From positions 2,356,001-2,420,000 of the forward strand of contig NW_026781965.1 in assembly GCF_031769215.1 (NCBI RefSeq): a DNA stretch of 64,000 nucleotides, written 5' to 3'. Below, in pieces: positions 1 to 13,910 of this stretch. The stretch is from Ylistrum balloti. Taxonomy: Eukaryota. Within the stretch, counting starts at the first letter, position 1. Every line of letters starts with the position of its first letter. A program made the position numbers and the translations under genes. The notes beneath the pieces are model-generated. The model had not been told where the DNA came from and did not search any database. It was given only the letters and a program-made list of their open reading frames with translations.

Positions 1-1306
1 ACAAAATATCCACCAACGTCTCATCACAAACAGACAAAATATCCACCAACGTCTCATCACAAAAAGACAAAATATCCAACAACGTCTCATCACAAAAAGA
101 CAAAATATCCAACAAAGTCTCATCACAAACAGACAAAATATCCAACAACGTCTCATCACAAACAGACAAAATATCCACCAACGTCTCATCACAAACAGAC
201 AAAATATCCAACAACGTTTTATCACAAACAGACAAAATATCCAACAACGTCTCATCACAAAAACACAAAATATCCAACAACGTTTTATCACAAACAGACA
301 AAATATCCAACAACGTTTTATCACAAACAGACAAAATATCCAACAACGTCTCATCACAAAAACACAAAATATCCAACAACGTTTTATCACAAACAGACAA
401 AATATCCAACAACGTCTCATCACAAACAGACAAAATATCCAACAACGTCTCATCACAAAAACACAAAATATCCAACAACGTTTTATCACAAACAGACAAA
501 ATATCCAACAACGTTTTATCACAAACAGACAAAATATCCAACAACGTCTCATCACAAACAGACAAAATATCCAACAACGTCTCATCATAACAGACAAAAT
601 ATCCAACAACGTTTTATCACAAACAGACAAAATATCCAACAACGTTTTATCACAAACAGACAAAATATCCAACAACGTCTCATCACAAACAGACAAAATA
701 TCCAACAACGTCTCATCACAAACAGAAAAAATATCCAACAACGTCTCATCACAAAAACACAAAATATCAGACAACGTCTCATCACAAACCGACAAAATAT
801 CCAACAACGTCTCATCACAAACAGACAAAATATCCAACAACGTCTCATCACAAACAGACAAAATATCCAACAACGTCTCATCACAAACAGACAAAATATC
901 CAACAACGTTTTATCACAAACAGACAAAATATCCAACAACGTCTCATCACAAACAGACAAAATATCCAACAACGTCTCATCATAACAGACAAAATATCCA
1001 ACAACGTTTTATCACAAACAGACAAAATATCCAACAACGTTTTATCACAAACAGACAAAATATCCAACAACGTCTCATCACAAACAGACAAAATATCCAA
1101 CAACGTCTCATCATAACAGACAAAATATCCAACAACGTTTTATCACAAACAGACAAAATATCCAACAACGTCTCATCATAACAGACAAAATATCCAACAA
1201 CGTCTCATCACTAACAGACAAAATATCCAACAACGTTTTATCACAAACAGACAAAATATCCAACAACGTCTCATCACAAACAGTCAAAATATCCAACAAT
1301 GTCTCA
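1..1306. repeat. 33-bp minisatellite array (runs off window start)
   Basis: Unit acaaaatatccaacaacgtctcatcacaaacag; explains the 11-aa periodic ORFs (MRRCWIFCLFV). Confidence 0.97.
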
Positions 1307-3705
1307 ACACATAAGTAGATTACATACTATAGCGCCTAGCACATGACAATCAATACCACGGCGTCTTCACACAATAAGACGACGCATTTCTCAACGTCTA
1401 CACATTGGGAAACACACATTATACCGCATCATCAATAACTAATCAGGATAGATCCCAATGTCTGTTCTCAACAAACCATAGCGTCTGCACACTGAGAAAG
1501 AATGTACGACAAATGAAATACGAAGACGAATTATACCTTTGTGTCTACAGACAAGGAAATATTCGAAATAGCGTTAAATATAAATTAATTTGTAAATATT
1601 ATCTAGCACAACTTTCTAGTTTCTCCTAAAGGAGGATTAGTGTTTGATGGTCTAGATCTTCACTGATGTGTGATTATATGCCCACAGGTTTCATAGAAAA
1701 GCATTCCCGTATTTTTTCACAAGTTAACTATCAAAACAAAAAGGTTCTCATCCCTGTATTTTATCCAAGAAGGATGTGCTCTTTATACACGTACAAATAG
1801 TATGTAAATTGTTTGGTCCTGGTGTTGAATAAACAAAAATAAGACTCCAGACAATAAGAAAATCAAATTTAATACAGAGCATATTACATCAATAGTTACC
1901 GAGGTCAAATCAGGCATTACAACCCGTTTTCAACGTTTCGAAATATACAATATGAAAACAATTAACGTGCCTAATTATGAAGGTTACAGAAAATCTAATG
2001 TAATTGCATGCTGTCTCCATATGACCAGTTTTTGTTGAAACGTAATAAACAGCCTGCTTTATTGGAAGACTACATTATTTCACTCAACGGCCAGATCTCT
2101 TCATTCAAATGCAATCTTATTTCACTGACGTCGAGATCATTGAACGAAAGGCAATGGTGCTACACATGACAGCCAGATCTTTCATCTAAGGGGCCAATTC
2201 TTTCAAATGAAAGTCTGAAGTGTTGCAAAGAGCATCTAGTCCGTAGAACCACGTGACAATCAAAATGTTGAAAAACGGAAGAAAAACAAAAACAAAAAAC
2301 ACAACGTTCCGCTAAAGGAGTCTTGTGTTTTGTTTGAAAGGGATATTGACGACATTCAGGTTAATCGATTTCACTGCCTGTCAAAAATTTTAAAGTAAGT
2401 AGCTTTTTTCGTTTGAAAGAAGTTCATGCTAAATATTTTAATGGTTCTGACTTACAACATAATAGCTGGTTCAAATACAAGAATCACACGCGGAATTTTA
2501 TGGACCAATTAAAAAATGATAAAATAATGTATGTATGAACTTAAAACAGGTCAATTAGAAAACTCGATGAGTGCCGAGCTACTGTATCAGATCAACAATT
2601 AACTTTTGAAATCTATTCTAGTAACTCCTATTGTTCCAACAGTCGCCATGTAGATCTTAGATGTATTTTGCTTACATGGTAACTCGAGCTCACAGCGACT
2701 AAGTGCGAACTGGTACCAAAACATTACTAGTTATCTCTCATCATTCCTTCAATCAATTTCTGTATAAAAAGATATTTTTGTGATGAGTTTTTGAAATCGT
2801 CCGTTTTTATACTTACTGAAATTACTTCAGATAATATTATGATAATAGATAGCTATTTTTTGTTATGATTCACTCTCATGATATATACAATAAAAATTTG
2901 ATAGAAATTATATAAAGATATAAAGTATGAAAGAAACATATTACGATCTTTGGTTTTTTTATATATATATATATATTGACACCGATAACATTACGACAAT
3001 CTTCAAACGTTAAGAGTAATAGGGAAGTCTTTACCCGTTGAACTTGAATGTCCCATATAAGATTTATATTACAACGAATACCAATTACTTCAAAGAAGTA
3101 TCAACCTGAGTCTTACATACGGAAAGGAAAGTTATCGTCATTTACGCAAAAGAGAAACTGAAAGTAGCGAAGACTTATCAAAGCCAGGAGCTGCAAAATG
3201 TGGGGACCGTATGAAGGAAATAATGTCTATAAAAAAATCATTAAAAACACATAGAATTCATTCATAGTGTTTTTTCATATCAATTATAACAAAAATTACG
3301 GAAAACGTAATAGTTATTATTGACAAAGATCTTTTTCAATGATTGCAACCGCAAAATACTACTTATGAAAATATCATCATTGATGTTTTTGTTATATACT
3401 GCTGACGTTATCGATGAAAATTTCTTTTAGAAAAAATGCTGATTTTAAGCGGCATGGGAACAAAGGCAAGAAACCACAAGGGTACGGCAGGTACTAGAGT
3501 CACATAATTTAACATTCTGAAGAACAAATATAATATTGGTGCCAACTGATTAATAATGAATGTTAGGTATATAACTGAATGTTTACAAAATATTACATTA
3601 CATATATCAAAAATGAAGGCATACAAATGTAAAAACATTGTCTAAAATATATATAAAGAGTAGAAACATTTACTATAAACTAAACGACTTGATCTTTGGT
3701 ACATA

Positions 3706-3709
<4 letters not shown>

Positions 3710-3761
<52 letters not shown>
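3710..3761. repeat. (TG)n microsatellite
   Basis: Direct reading. Confidence 0.98.
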
Positions 3762-3762
<1 letters not shown>

Positions 3763-5085
3763 CTTACAAAAACAAACCCAATCATTTCTTTATAGATCAC
3801 TAATTTAATGCTGCCTTGCAATCTGCCATTATTGTGTTGCATATTTTGTTATCAGCCATGGAATTGTGAACAAGCAGCGTGCATGATAGATTTACATTAT
3901 CGATAAGAAGCTTTATGGTTTGATTTTGGTCACAACCTATTTTGAAAATCACAATAAAAGGGACATTACTCTATTTTACAGTGAGAAATTGTTTCTTTGG
4001 TTTCTGAATTCTGAACACATTGTGTAAAAGTAAGATAACGAATTAATAATTGAAGAATAATAAACTTAATCATGATATAATTTTATGAGAATTTCGGAGC
4101 ACATTTCATATCGCGTTAAGAGCAAGTTACTCTGCTTTATCAGCTATAAGATGAAATACCGAACCCATTTAATGACTAAATGAAGGACTGATAGAAATAG
4201 ACACACCTGATTAACAGCCAGCTGTTCGATATACGTTTCAACACTTTCTGAAAAGTCATCGTTGCGTCAAGAATTTATCATCAATTTACAAAGGGTCTTT
4301 ACCAATTATTGACAAATGTATATCGAAATATATAGCTTATTCAATTTTTTTGCCATTTATGGTATTGCATATATTTAAATAGGTCAAAGTTTAAAGTTAC
4401 ATCTCAGCATGTTTTATACGTATTTTAGAATAAAGATTTGATTTATAATGTTTCTCATACAATAAGATACATACTAATACCAGCAATAGAACATGGTTTC
4501 AACATACAAATACAAATGTATTACATTGTTTAAAAAATAAGTATAAAATGTCAATAAATGACAGTATATAATGATGGAAATAGTATTAAGTATAACCGCT
4601 AAGTATCTATCCATAATAAATTAACTTCTGACAAACATATCTATATAACCTATTACAGTGTCTTTTCTGTTAAACGAGACCTTACTATGGTTCATTTCCG
4701 AGCAATGTTCAAGTTTACAGTGATTTATCTTAATTTTATTGTATAATAATCTGTTTTGTCAACCAATACCTGAAGACATGGATACCGTGTCAAGACAAGA
4801 AATTCATGTAAAGTTCAGCAATGTCATAATCTGCATCGGGTTAGGATTTCCTTGTTTTGCCCAATTAGGTGAACGATACTTTTCACCCAAACCCTATTAA
4901 CTTTTATCATGTTTACATAATTTTCCACATTGCATTACTGTATCATAATATAATGTTAACTAAACGCTTATGATGTACGGTTAAGTGAAGGATCATCTGT
5001 CACAGAAGGAGAACCTGCTTAGAACTTTTGATTCAAATATAATAAAGATAAATACAAAATGTACAGCTGTATATAGTACGTCTCC

Positions 5086-8000
5086 TCAATGTTTTTGGTC
5101 GTACGTGCCCTTGTCCTTGAATGCCTGGACGTATCCATCTTTTGGGGTAGTATCCACACGTCCATCCTTTCCCTTCCCTTTACCGCTGTCATCAAACCGT
5201 TCCTTGTGTGTCCCGGTGTATGCCGCACTGTCTGTGAAATGGCTGACGTTTCCAGTCTTTGATTCTTTCTAAATACAAAGTAAGACAGATTAATTACATA
5301 AAATATATGTTTATCAGAAACATGAGTCCGGTAAAAAAAAAAAAGAGTCTGTTATTGCGATTTTTTAGGAATCTCTTTCTTAATTCATTCGGAATATTTG
5401 GTGATTGTTCCAGATAAATATAAAGTTGAGCAGTGATTTTTTGCTTGAGATCTTGGCGCCCACCATTTTGTGATCTTTATTTGTTATTTAAAAGTTCTTA
5501 TCTGTTCTTGCCTATGTTTTTGTTCTAAATCATGTGAAATGTGAAAAAAAAATCAACCGAAAAGGTTGTTGAAAACCTGTAGCGAAAAGGCTGATATCAT
5601 TTCTACCATTTCTAGTTTTTTTTCACAATTTATTGGGCCTTAAAATGTACAACACACCTGCAGTGTAATAACATGTGCAGTTAAATTTGAGAATCCGTCA
5701 ATGAGGGTTTATCTCCCTTGCAATAACCACAGTCAAGACTAGTATCAGGATCACAGGGGTGAATGATAAAGAGATCTTAACAAATAACATAGAGTGGGTA
5801 GGAAGAAATTATTAGATATCTGTATACTTAAGTACTGATTACTCGATATATCGGTCAGGTGATTCCGAGCGTTTAGGCTTATCGGTCTCTAGTCTCCTTT
5901 TCGACCCCTTGGATTTGATCCTTGAATTCGTCTATAACAGTGTATACTGAACAAAAAAAGAAAGGTAACACTACTTTATTCTGTGATTAATTTATTAACC
6001 CCTTCATAAATCCTTACCAATCATGTACAAATAAAGTAATTGATCAATTCTGATAAAACTGCAGTCATGGTTCATTATAAAACTTTGCGTTCAGTTGATT
6101 TTATTTGACTGTAGAGGACGTTGGGGTCAATTTCAAAGGTAACACTATTAGTAACGGGTATGGCCACCGTTTGCGAAGTAAACAGCATTGCAGCGTCGTC
6201 GCATGGAACTCGTAAACCGGCGGATAATTCGAGGAGAGATGTTGTTCCATTCAGCGATCAAGGCTTGGGCCAGCTCCTGCAAGTTTGACGGCTGATTTTG
6301 ACGTTCTCTAACGCGTCGCCCAAGAACGTCCCAGACATGCTCAATCGGTGACAAATCAGGTGATTTAGATGGCCAATCTAACATCTGTGCGTTATTCTGC
6401 TGCAAGAAAGTTCTGTTGACGCAACTGGTGTGCGCTGGTGCGTTATCCTGTTGAAAAATGGCGCCAACGCCATGGCGTCTTAAGAATGGCAGAACCACTG
6501 GTCTTAAAATTTCGTCCCGATATCGAATGCCGGTTAAATTGTCATTTAACACAACAAGCCTGGTACGAGTCCCCCCACAAATACCACCCCAAACCATTAC
6601 ACTTCCGCCGCCAAAGCGGTCCCGTTCTGCGAAGCAGCAGTTCGCATAACGCTCCCCTCGTCGCCTCCACACTCTGCGCCTTCCGTCACCGTGTTGCAGA
6701 CAAAACCTGGACTCATCTGAAAACAGAATTTTGTTCCATTGTCGTAAGGCCCAACGATGGTGAACACGGGTCCAGTTACGCCGATTATTACGGTGACGTC
6801 GCAACAAATTGGGTCCAGTGTAGGGACGCCGCGCTTTCAATTGGTAGGCCCTCAACCTGTTGCGGACTGTTTGGGGAGACACACGACGCCCAAACAATGT
6901 CCTTGTAGTCTCTACTGCGGTTACGAATCGATTGCGCAAGTGTATCAATTCTCAACAAATGTATATTACTTACATAGTGGGAATCTCAACTGTTTCTATG
7001 CGACCACGAAGTCAATCATTAAGTCACGAGTGTGTGTTTGTCTCTTGTCTCCCAACAATGTTCATGTGGTTGAAGAGTGGGGATTTCCATTGTTTCCACG
7101 AGTTGACCTCCAGGCTTAGACCCCGAGAACTAAGGATGGTCCCTTGTTTCAGACTGTAGGAGCCATGGAGGAACCTTGGATCAATTCTGGACGCATGTCT
7201 TCTATTTATATTAGAATAGTTTTACGATTGAACGTTCCATCATATTTCTACCGGGCTGTACAGACATTAGCAACGGGTGATGAAAAATAGGTTTCATTTA
7301 GGTTCCATTCCGGGTCCATTTTCAATGCGGGTCTATTTTCAACTTGACACCGGACCACGGATAAAAGACGACTTAAACACTATTACATCTTAAAGTAGTA
7401 AGCCAAAAATCATCACTGAACAAAATTGATTTATCCGTTTTGTTATTGTATGATGGAAAGCAAAACGACCTTGAACTATGTATGTAATTACCGTAACTCC
7501 TTCCATTGTCGGTGGAGCCAGGAGGGTTATTAGTTCCATTTCCCACGATGATTCCTTCGGTTCTTTTCCCAGAGATCTCATCTTTGTGGCACAACGTCTT
7601 ATGAAATCTTTAATTTTCTCGTCGTTTATCAGCATGAATCTAAGCAAAAATATAACGAGAAGATCCAACACTACGAAATAAATCATGACAAAATATGTCT
7701 CTCATAATATTAGATTAGATAATAGAAGATTAATTTCTGGAAAACCAGGATCAGGTTGTATCTTTCTATTATCATTGTATTAATTTGGGAACGGGATCAT
7801 TTCCTCGGTATTTTATCGTCATCACTGTATAGAGCGTAACCATGCAGCACTTGGATAAAGTCAGCAACTTCGACACATATTTAGATGAATAGATTGAGAT
7901 AATTGATCAATTACCTCTGTGCAATGTGGACAGATTCTCTTAACTCTCGGGTTTATATTTCTAAATTTTATCACTCGATAATGTCTTGTGATAAGTGCAA

Positions 8001-8825
8001 AAAAGCACCCGAGATATCATTGATCATAACATACACGGGAAGGAAATTCCATAAGCCATTAATGTATTATTCTAGTCAGTGTTGTCGATAGCTGACACAA
8101 CTATTGTCACGTTATATAGCTACTAGCAACATCTTAAATGTTAAAATCACGTTAGTTTTTTACATTACCAAAGCCAGATGTGTATTACTAGCTAATGATC
8201 TGAAATCAGCGCTGAAGTTGTCTTCAATTTAAGAGGAATTGAGAATGATAAAGATAAGCATTGAACGCCAATGATAGGATGCCTACTGAAACGAGGTAAT
8301 TTCAACATGGTCAACGTGCATGATTGTATTTACCCTTATCTTTTTGGCATCCATATACCCATGAATGCCAAATGAAAGCAGTTCAATGCTTGAATTATGT
8401 TTCCTGGTTTTATGTTTAAGATTACAATGGAACTTCAACATCACTTTGTAACATCCCTATGTTAAAACTGTGACTTTTCAAAACGTTATACATCTACCAA
8501 AATTAGCCCATGTAATTCGTCTATCTATTTCCACGTAATCCCTTGAACAAGCAAACATTCAATATCAACACCATGACAAAAGTACTGAAGTATGAATGAA
8601 ATGTAAAACATACGGTTTTCCTTGTTCTTTGCATGCTGGGAAAGCAACTGTGTCGGTATATAGACAAAGCTCCTTCGGCCAGCATTTCTTGGTCAGCTTC
8701 CCGAGGGCTTTGGAGTTGATTTGGTCTGGACTGGCTGACTTACTGGATATTTTCATGTAACTTCTGAAAATTTCTCTGACTTTTTTAATCTCAGCTTTAC
8801 TCAGTTCAACATCGCTGGAAGACAT
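5086..8825 (-). CDS. TPPP: TPPP/p25-alpha family protein, paralog B (about 180 aa; coding exons 8825-8614, 7639-7492, 5268-5086)
   Basis: Last exon (missed by the ORF track) reads [60 protein letters not shown], the p25-alpha C-terminal signature. GT-AG sites, phases 2 and 0, 543 nt in frame. Probable non-coding exon donor near 12331. Confidence 0.88.
5945..7200 (-). mobile_element. Tc1/mariner (DD34E) DNA transposon in the last intron of TPPP-B; one end missing
   Basis: Terminal tactgaacaaaaaaagaaaggtaacacta at about 5945; no matching inverted end seen above 7200; N-terminal coding region 6950-7200 frameshifted. Confidence 0.85.
6148..6948 (-). pseudogene. Tc1 transposase, open catalytic domain (266-aa ORF) with disrupted DNA-binding N-terminus
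   Basis: Motifs [40 protein letters not shown]; exactly 34 residues between the second D and E. Confidence 0.93.
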
Positions 8826-9563
8826 TGTCGTATTGATGTTGTTAAGTCCCGTACCAGAGTTCGACTGTAAGACAACATGGACAGCATTACGTTTTATATA
8901 GACTTGGGCTATAAATCTTTAATAAGCAAATGGACACAAGTTATTTTAGTTAACATATGTTAGTTAATTCATTGAAAGAGTTGATGACAATATTCATATC
9001 CTGAATCACTGAAAAGTAATGATAGCATTCAACATCTGCTTACTAAATCTGTTATTGATAAGAACTAGCAGCAGAAGTACAGCTATCTAGTTGTGAACCA
9101 TACTGGGGCGTATTTCGTCAAAAAAACGTCAAAGACAAGAAGAAATAGTATAACTTGCTTATTTTGCAAACTGGCATCAATTCAAAATAAATTTAACCGA
9201 CATATATTTTCGTTATTCATATCCGTAAATGCAATATGTGCTATGCAATCTTATGGCAAAAACGTTGTATTGTATACTGAAAATGCATGTTTTGAAAAAG
9301 TATTTGGTTGGGTGGTAAGATCTTCCGACAGACGATACACATGGTAACAATCTGTGTCCTCTTTAATAAACTATTTTGGGTTGTTTTTGTTTTTATACGA
9401 GGGAGTTTTTTTTCTCTGTTAATGCCTAGTATACAGCATGGCCACGTGTTGCTTTTATAGCAGCCCTCAGAACACCGTATATCATCGATTTGTATTTCAA
9501 GGCGATCCGCATTGTTTACCTTTTTTGTTTCAATATCCACAAAAAGTCTTTCTCAATTGATAA

Positions 9564-11578
9564 TTAACTACTGAATATTACCCTGTAACTACTGAATGTT
9601 ACCCTGTAACCACTGAATGTTACCCTGTAACCACTGAATGTTACCCTGTAACCACTGAATGTTACCCTGTAACCACTGAATATTACCCTGTAACCATGGA
9701 ATATTAACCACTGAATATTACCCTGTAACCATGGAATATTACCCTGTAACCACTGAATGTTACCCTCTAACCCCTGAATATTAACCACTGAATATTACCC
9801 TGTAACCATGGAATGTTACCCTGTCACCACTGAATGTTACCCTGTAACCACTGAATGTTACCCTGTAACTACTGAATGTTACCCTGTAACCACTGAATGT
9901 TACCCTGTAACTACTGAATATTACCCTGTAACCACTGAATGTTACCCTGAGTGTTACCCTGTAACTACTGAATGTTACTTTGTAACTACTGAATGTTACC
10001 CTGTAACCACTGAATGTTACCCTGTAACTACTGAATGTTACCCTGTAACCACTGAATGTTACCCTGTAACTACTGAATGTTACCCTGTAACCACTGAATG
10101 TTACCCTGTAACTACTGAATATTACCCTGTAACCACTGAATGTTACCCTGAATGTTACCCTGTAACTACTGAATGTTACTTTGTAACCACTGAATGTTAC
10201 CCTGTAACCACTGAATGTTACCCTGTAACCACTGAATATTACCCTGTAACCATGGAATATTAACCACTGAATATTACCCTGTAACCATGGAATATTACCC
10301 TGTAACCACTGAATGTTACCCTCTAACCCCTGAATATTAACCACTGAATATTACCCTACAACCATGGAATGTTACCCTGTCACCACTGAATGTTACCCTG
10401 TAACCATGGAATATTACCCTGTAACCATGGCATATTAACCACTGAATATTACCCTGTAACCATGGAATATTACCCTGTAACCACTGAATGTTACCCTCTA
10501 ACCGATGAATATTAACCACTGAATATTACCCTGTAAATATTACCCTGTAACCATGGAATATTACCCTGTAACCATGGAATGTTACCCTGTAACAACAGAA
10601 TGTTTCCCTGTAACCACTGAATGTTACCCTGTAACCACTGAATGTTACCATGTAACTACTGAAGTTACCCTGTCACTACTGAATGTTACCCTGTTACCAC
10701 TGAATGTTACCCTGTAACTACTGATGTTACCCTGTTACCACTGAATGTTACCCTGTCACTACTGAATGTTACCCTGTTACCACTGAATTTAACCTGTAAC
10801 TACTGAATGTTACTCTGTAACTACTGATTGTTACCCTGTAACCACTGAATGTTACCCTGTAACCGCTTAATGTTACCCTGTAACCACTAAATGATACCTT
10901 GTTAACACTAAATGTTTACCCTGTAATCACTAAATGTTACCCTGTAACCACTGATTGTTACCCTGTCACTACTGAATATTACCCTGTAACCACTGAATGT
11001 TACCATGTCACTACTGAATGTTACCCTGTAACCACTAAATGTTACCCTATAACCTCTGACTGATACTCTGTAACCACTGAATGTTACCCTGTTAATATGG
11101 AATGTTACCGTGTAACCACTAAATGTTACCCTGTAACCACTGAATGTTACCCTGTAACCGCTTAATGTTACCCTTTTAACACTAAATGTTTCCCTGTGAC
11201 CACTAAATGTTACCCTGTAACTACTGAATGTTACCCTGTAACCACTGATTGTTACCCTGTCACTACTGAATGTTTTCCTGTAACCACTGAATGTTACTCT
11301 GTAACTATTGAATTTTACCCTTAACTATTGAATGTTACCCTGTAACTACTAAATGTTACCCTGTCACTACTGAATGTTACCCTGTAACCACTGAATGTTA
11401 CCCTGTTATCACGGAATGTTACCCTGTAACCACTGAAAATACCCTGTCACTACTTACTGTTACCCTATAACCACTGAATGTTACCCTGTAACTACTGAAT
11501 GTTACCCTGTGACCACTGAATGTTACCCTGTAACTACTGAATGTTACCCTGTGACCACGGAATGTTATACAGTAACTG
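9564..11578. repeat. 21-bp minisatellite array
   Basis: Unit ttaccctgtaaccactgaatg; produces the ECYPVTT / RVTFSGY ORFs. Confidence 0.97.
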
Positions 11579-13910
11579 GTTGATAATAAATAATGTGATG
11601 ATTCATAGAGTATTGTGTTTACTGTAGTGCATTATGTGTATACGAAGGGAAATTATAAAACGTTTTTTATACAAAATTCTGAATGCCGTATATCGGTATG
11701 TGCTTCCTCATGTTACACATCACATAGCTTGTTTATACACATATTCTGAGCTATGGCCAATTCAAATTAGCACTGCTCAGGTCACATCACTGTGTGAGGG
11801 TATACTCGGAGTATGTAAACGTCCGTCCTTTGATTAGTGTGGTAAATATAAACATGTGTATCTGTTGGATGAGAAAAGCAACAGGAGTGCTTGACTAAAA
11901 CCTGTAAATATAATTTTAGAATTCCGAGTGAGCCGCTGTGATAAGGAAGATGGGAGGTGAAGGTCTACATCGCTATGGTATCGATCCGGTGCGAGTTCTA
12001 AATAGGGCTCTGACTGTTTTCTGAGGCTGAATGGCAACAGTGTCGAGGCTCATGTATTTATACTAGCAGTGTTGGCAAATATTATTTACACTATATAGGT
12101 TCAAATACTATTTTCAAGGATTTTGCAATGAGGTAATTTGAAATACCGGATATATTTTGTCAAATGTTTACATCTAGCTTGTATGAAGTAGGCACCACAG
12201 CTTCCCTGTCACCATTTCGTCTCTTACTAACGTATGCTAAATATCAGTACAATACAGCAGTTACCGTTTCGACATATAATTGATAATTGAAAAGTTTGAG
12301 TTTAAACATGAAAACTTGATTAATTACCTACCTTGCAACCTGAACAATAACAACAACTTGACGATCTGCTTATGATCCGTTCCTCTGCGTTTGTAAGAAA
12401 AGCTATATTTAGCTACAGCAGGCGGTCATGTGACATCCAGCATCCGTTCAGATTCATTATGCTTCAAAATGATATGTGATGTGGTGTACTATATATAAAG
12501 CACACAATACAGAACTTTATATTGAATGTGTCTGACTTCTCGTCTTGTGGTTTATCACCGTGCAGGTTAATATTATAAGCATTTAATTATTATTATTTTT
12601 TTTTATTGTAATTGTAATATAATATAATTGGAATATTGGTATACCAATTCGTCTCTGAAGTTCAACTTGCTAAACAGAGGAGTCACCTGACAATTAACTT
12701 GCCTTTGTATATATAGTTTCGTGGAAAGCGTTCTTAGGAGTAAGGATAATACACAAAAATATTATTCGGAAAACATCATGATATGTTCCGTATAAAAACA
12801 ACACAGATATATTCTGGATTAGCATAGCGCAAACATGAAAATATTCGTTCAAAGAACGAAATCTGTCCCCAGGATTTTAAATTTTGATTATAGTTAAAGT
12901 TTACCACATCCAGAGAACATTTTTATTTCTTTGATAAAAAAATAACGTTTGTGGAATAAAAGGATCTCTTTCACTCTTGTCTTTCAAAACCGACCAAACA
13001 AAGAAAGCCGTTCTCAAAGTAGAGACAAAATCAGCGAAGGTCTTTGCGCTTCTAAGGCCTGCACATTTACAATGCACGTAGCAATTTGCTGTCAGCCTGT
13101 CGTTGCTGAGGGATACGGTCGTTTGTCGCTGTTGACCTATTGGAAGGTCGCGTCTATCATTGCTAATTGAACTATGGCTACTGTTATTGTTGAATGCTCT
13201 CCCTTGGGTAAATAGTTTTGCTTTCAGAAATGAAGCCGGTTTAACCCAAAAGCTGGATCATTTCTTACATCAGATGAAACAATGAGACTAAAAAATATCA
13301 AAGGAAATATATTGGTGTTGACTACTGCTTCACATCATCATTAATTTCTGATTGTTTATCATGATAAAATTTAGATGGCAATTCTCAATGAAAGAATGAG
13401 AGCTTATCACCGATACAGTAGCCTGAATGTATGTTTTAATCGGAATTATCTATAATCTAAGCAAGGAGACGACAGATGATGAGAGACATATCGGTTTAGG
13501 AGGCTCTGTTCCCTAGTTGGTAGCTAGAACGAGGCTTCGCTGTGTCCCAACACCTAATCTGGAAACCATGAATATTTCTGTCGGTCATGACAAAAACTTG
13601 AACACATTTTCTCTTACAAATGACATCATTTCAAGATAATAATCCGAAAACTGTGTACTTAGTGAATGTCGACAAGAATCCTTTCGTAGTTTTCTTTCTA
13701 AGGCTAAGAGGTTTATTTCTCAGAAAGGTAGCATAAAATGTTTAACTTCAAAATTTGAAAATGAGACACTTTTAAATTGGATCCGCTGCATATCTATTGT
13801 TGTGAATATGTAGTAAACCCTAATGTATACGTTTCATATTTTCTGTGTCCTAATCTGTTTAAATTTTCTCGTTAGGAATAAGATTGAGAAATCGATCCAG
13901 TATTCAAATT

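Noticed and set aside
585-1299. 172-aa and 62-aa ORFs
   Set aside because: Translations of the 33-bp tandem repeat
1400-4900. A third TPPP paralog downstream of paralog B
   Set aside because: No HKERFD or GKGKG motif found on either strand
4985-5272. 95-aa plus and 69-aa minus ORFs
   Set aside because: Wrong frames; the real exon is TPPP-B 5268-5086
6438-7159. Plus-strand and alternate-frame ORFs over the Tc1
   Set aside because: Shadow frames of the GC-richer transposase sequence
9564-10519. ORFs of 60-187 aa with ECYPVTT / RVTFSGY periodicity
   Set aside because: Artefacts of a 21-bp unit that is a multiple of three
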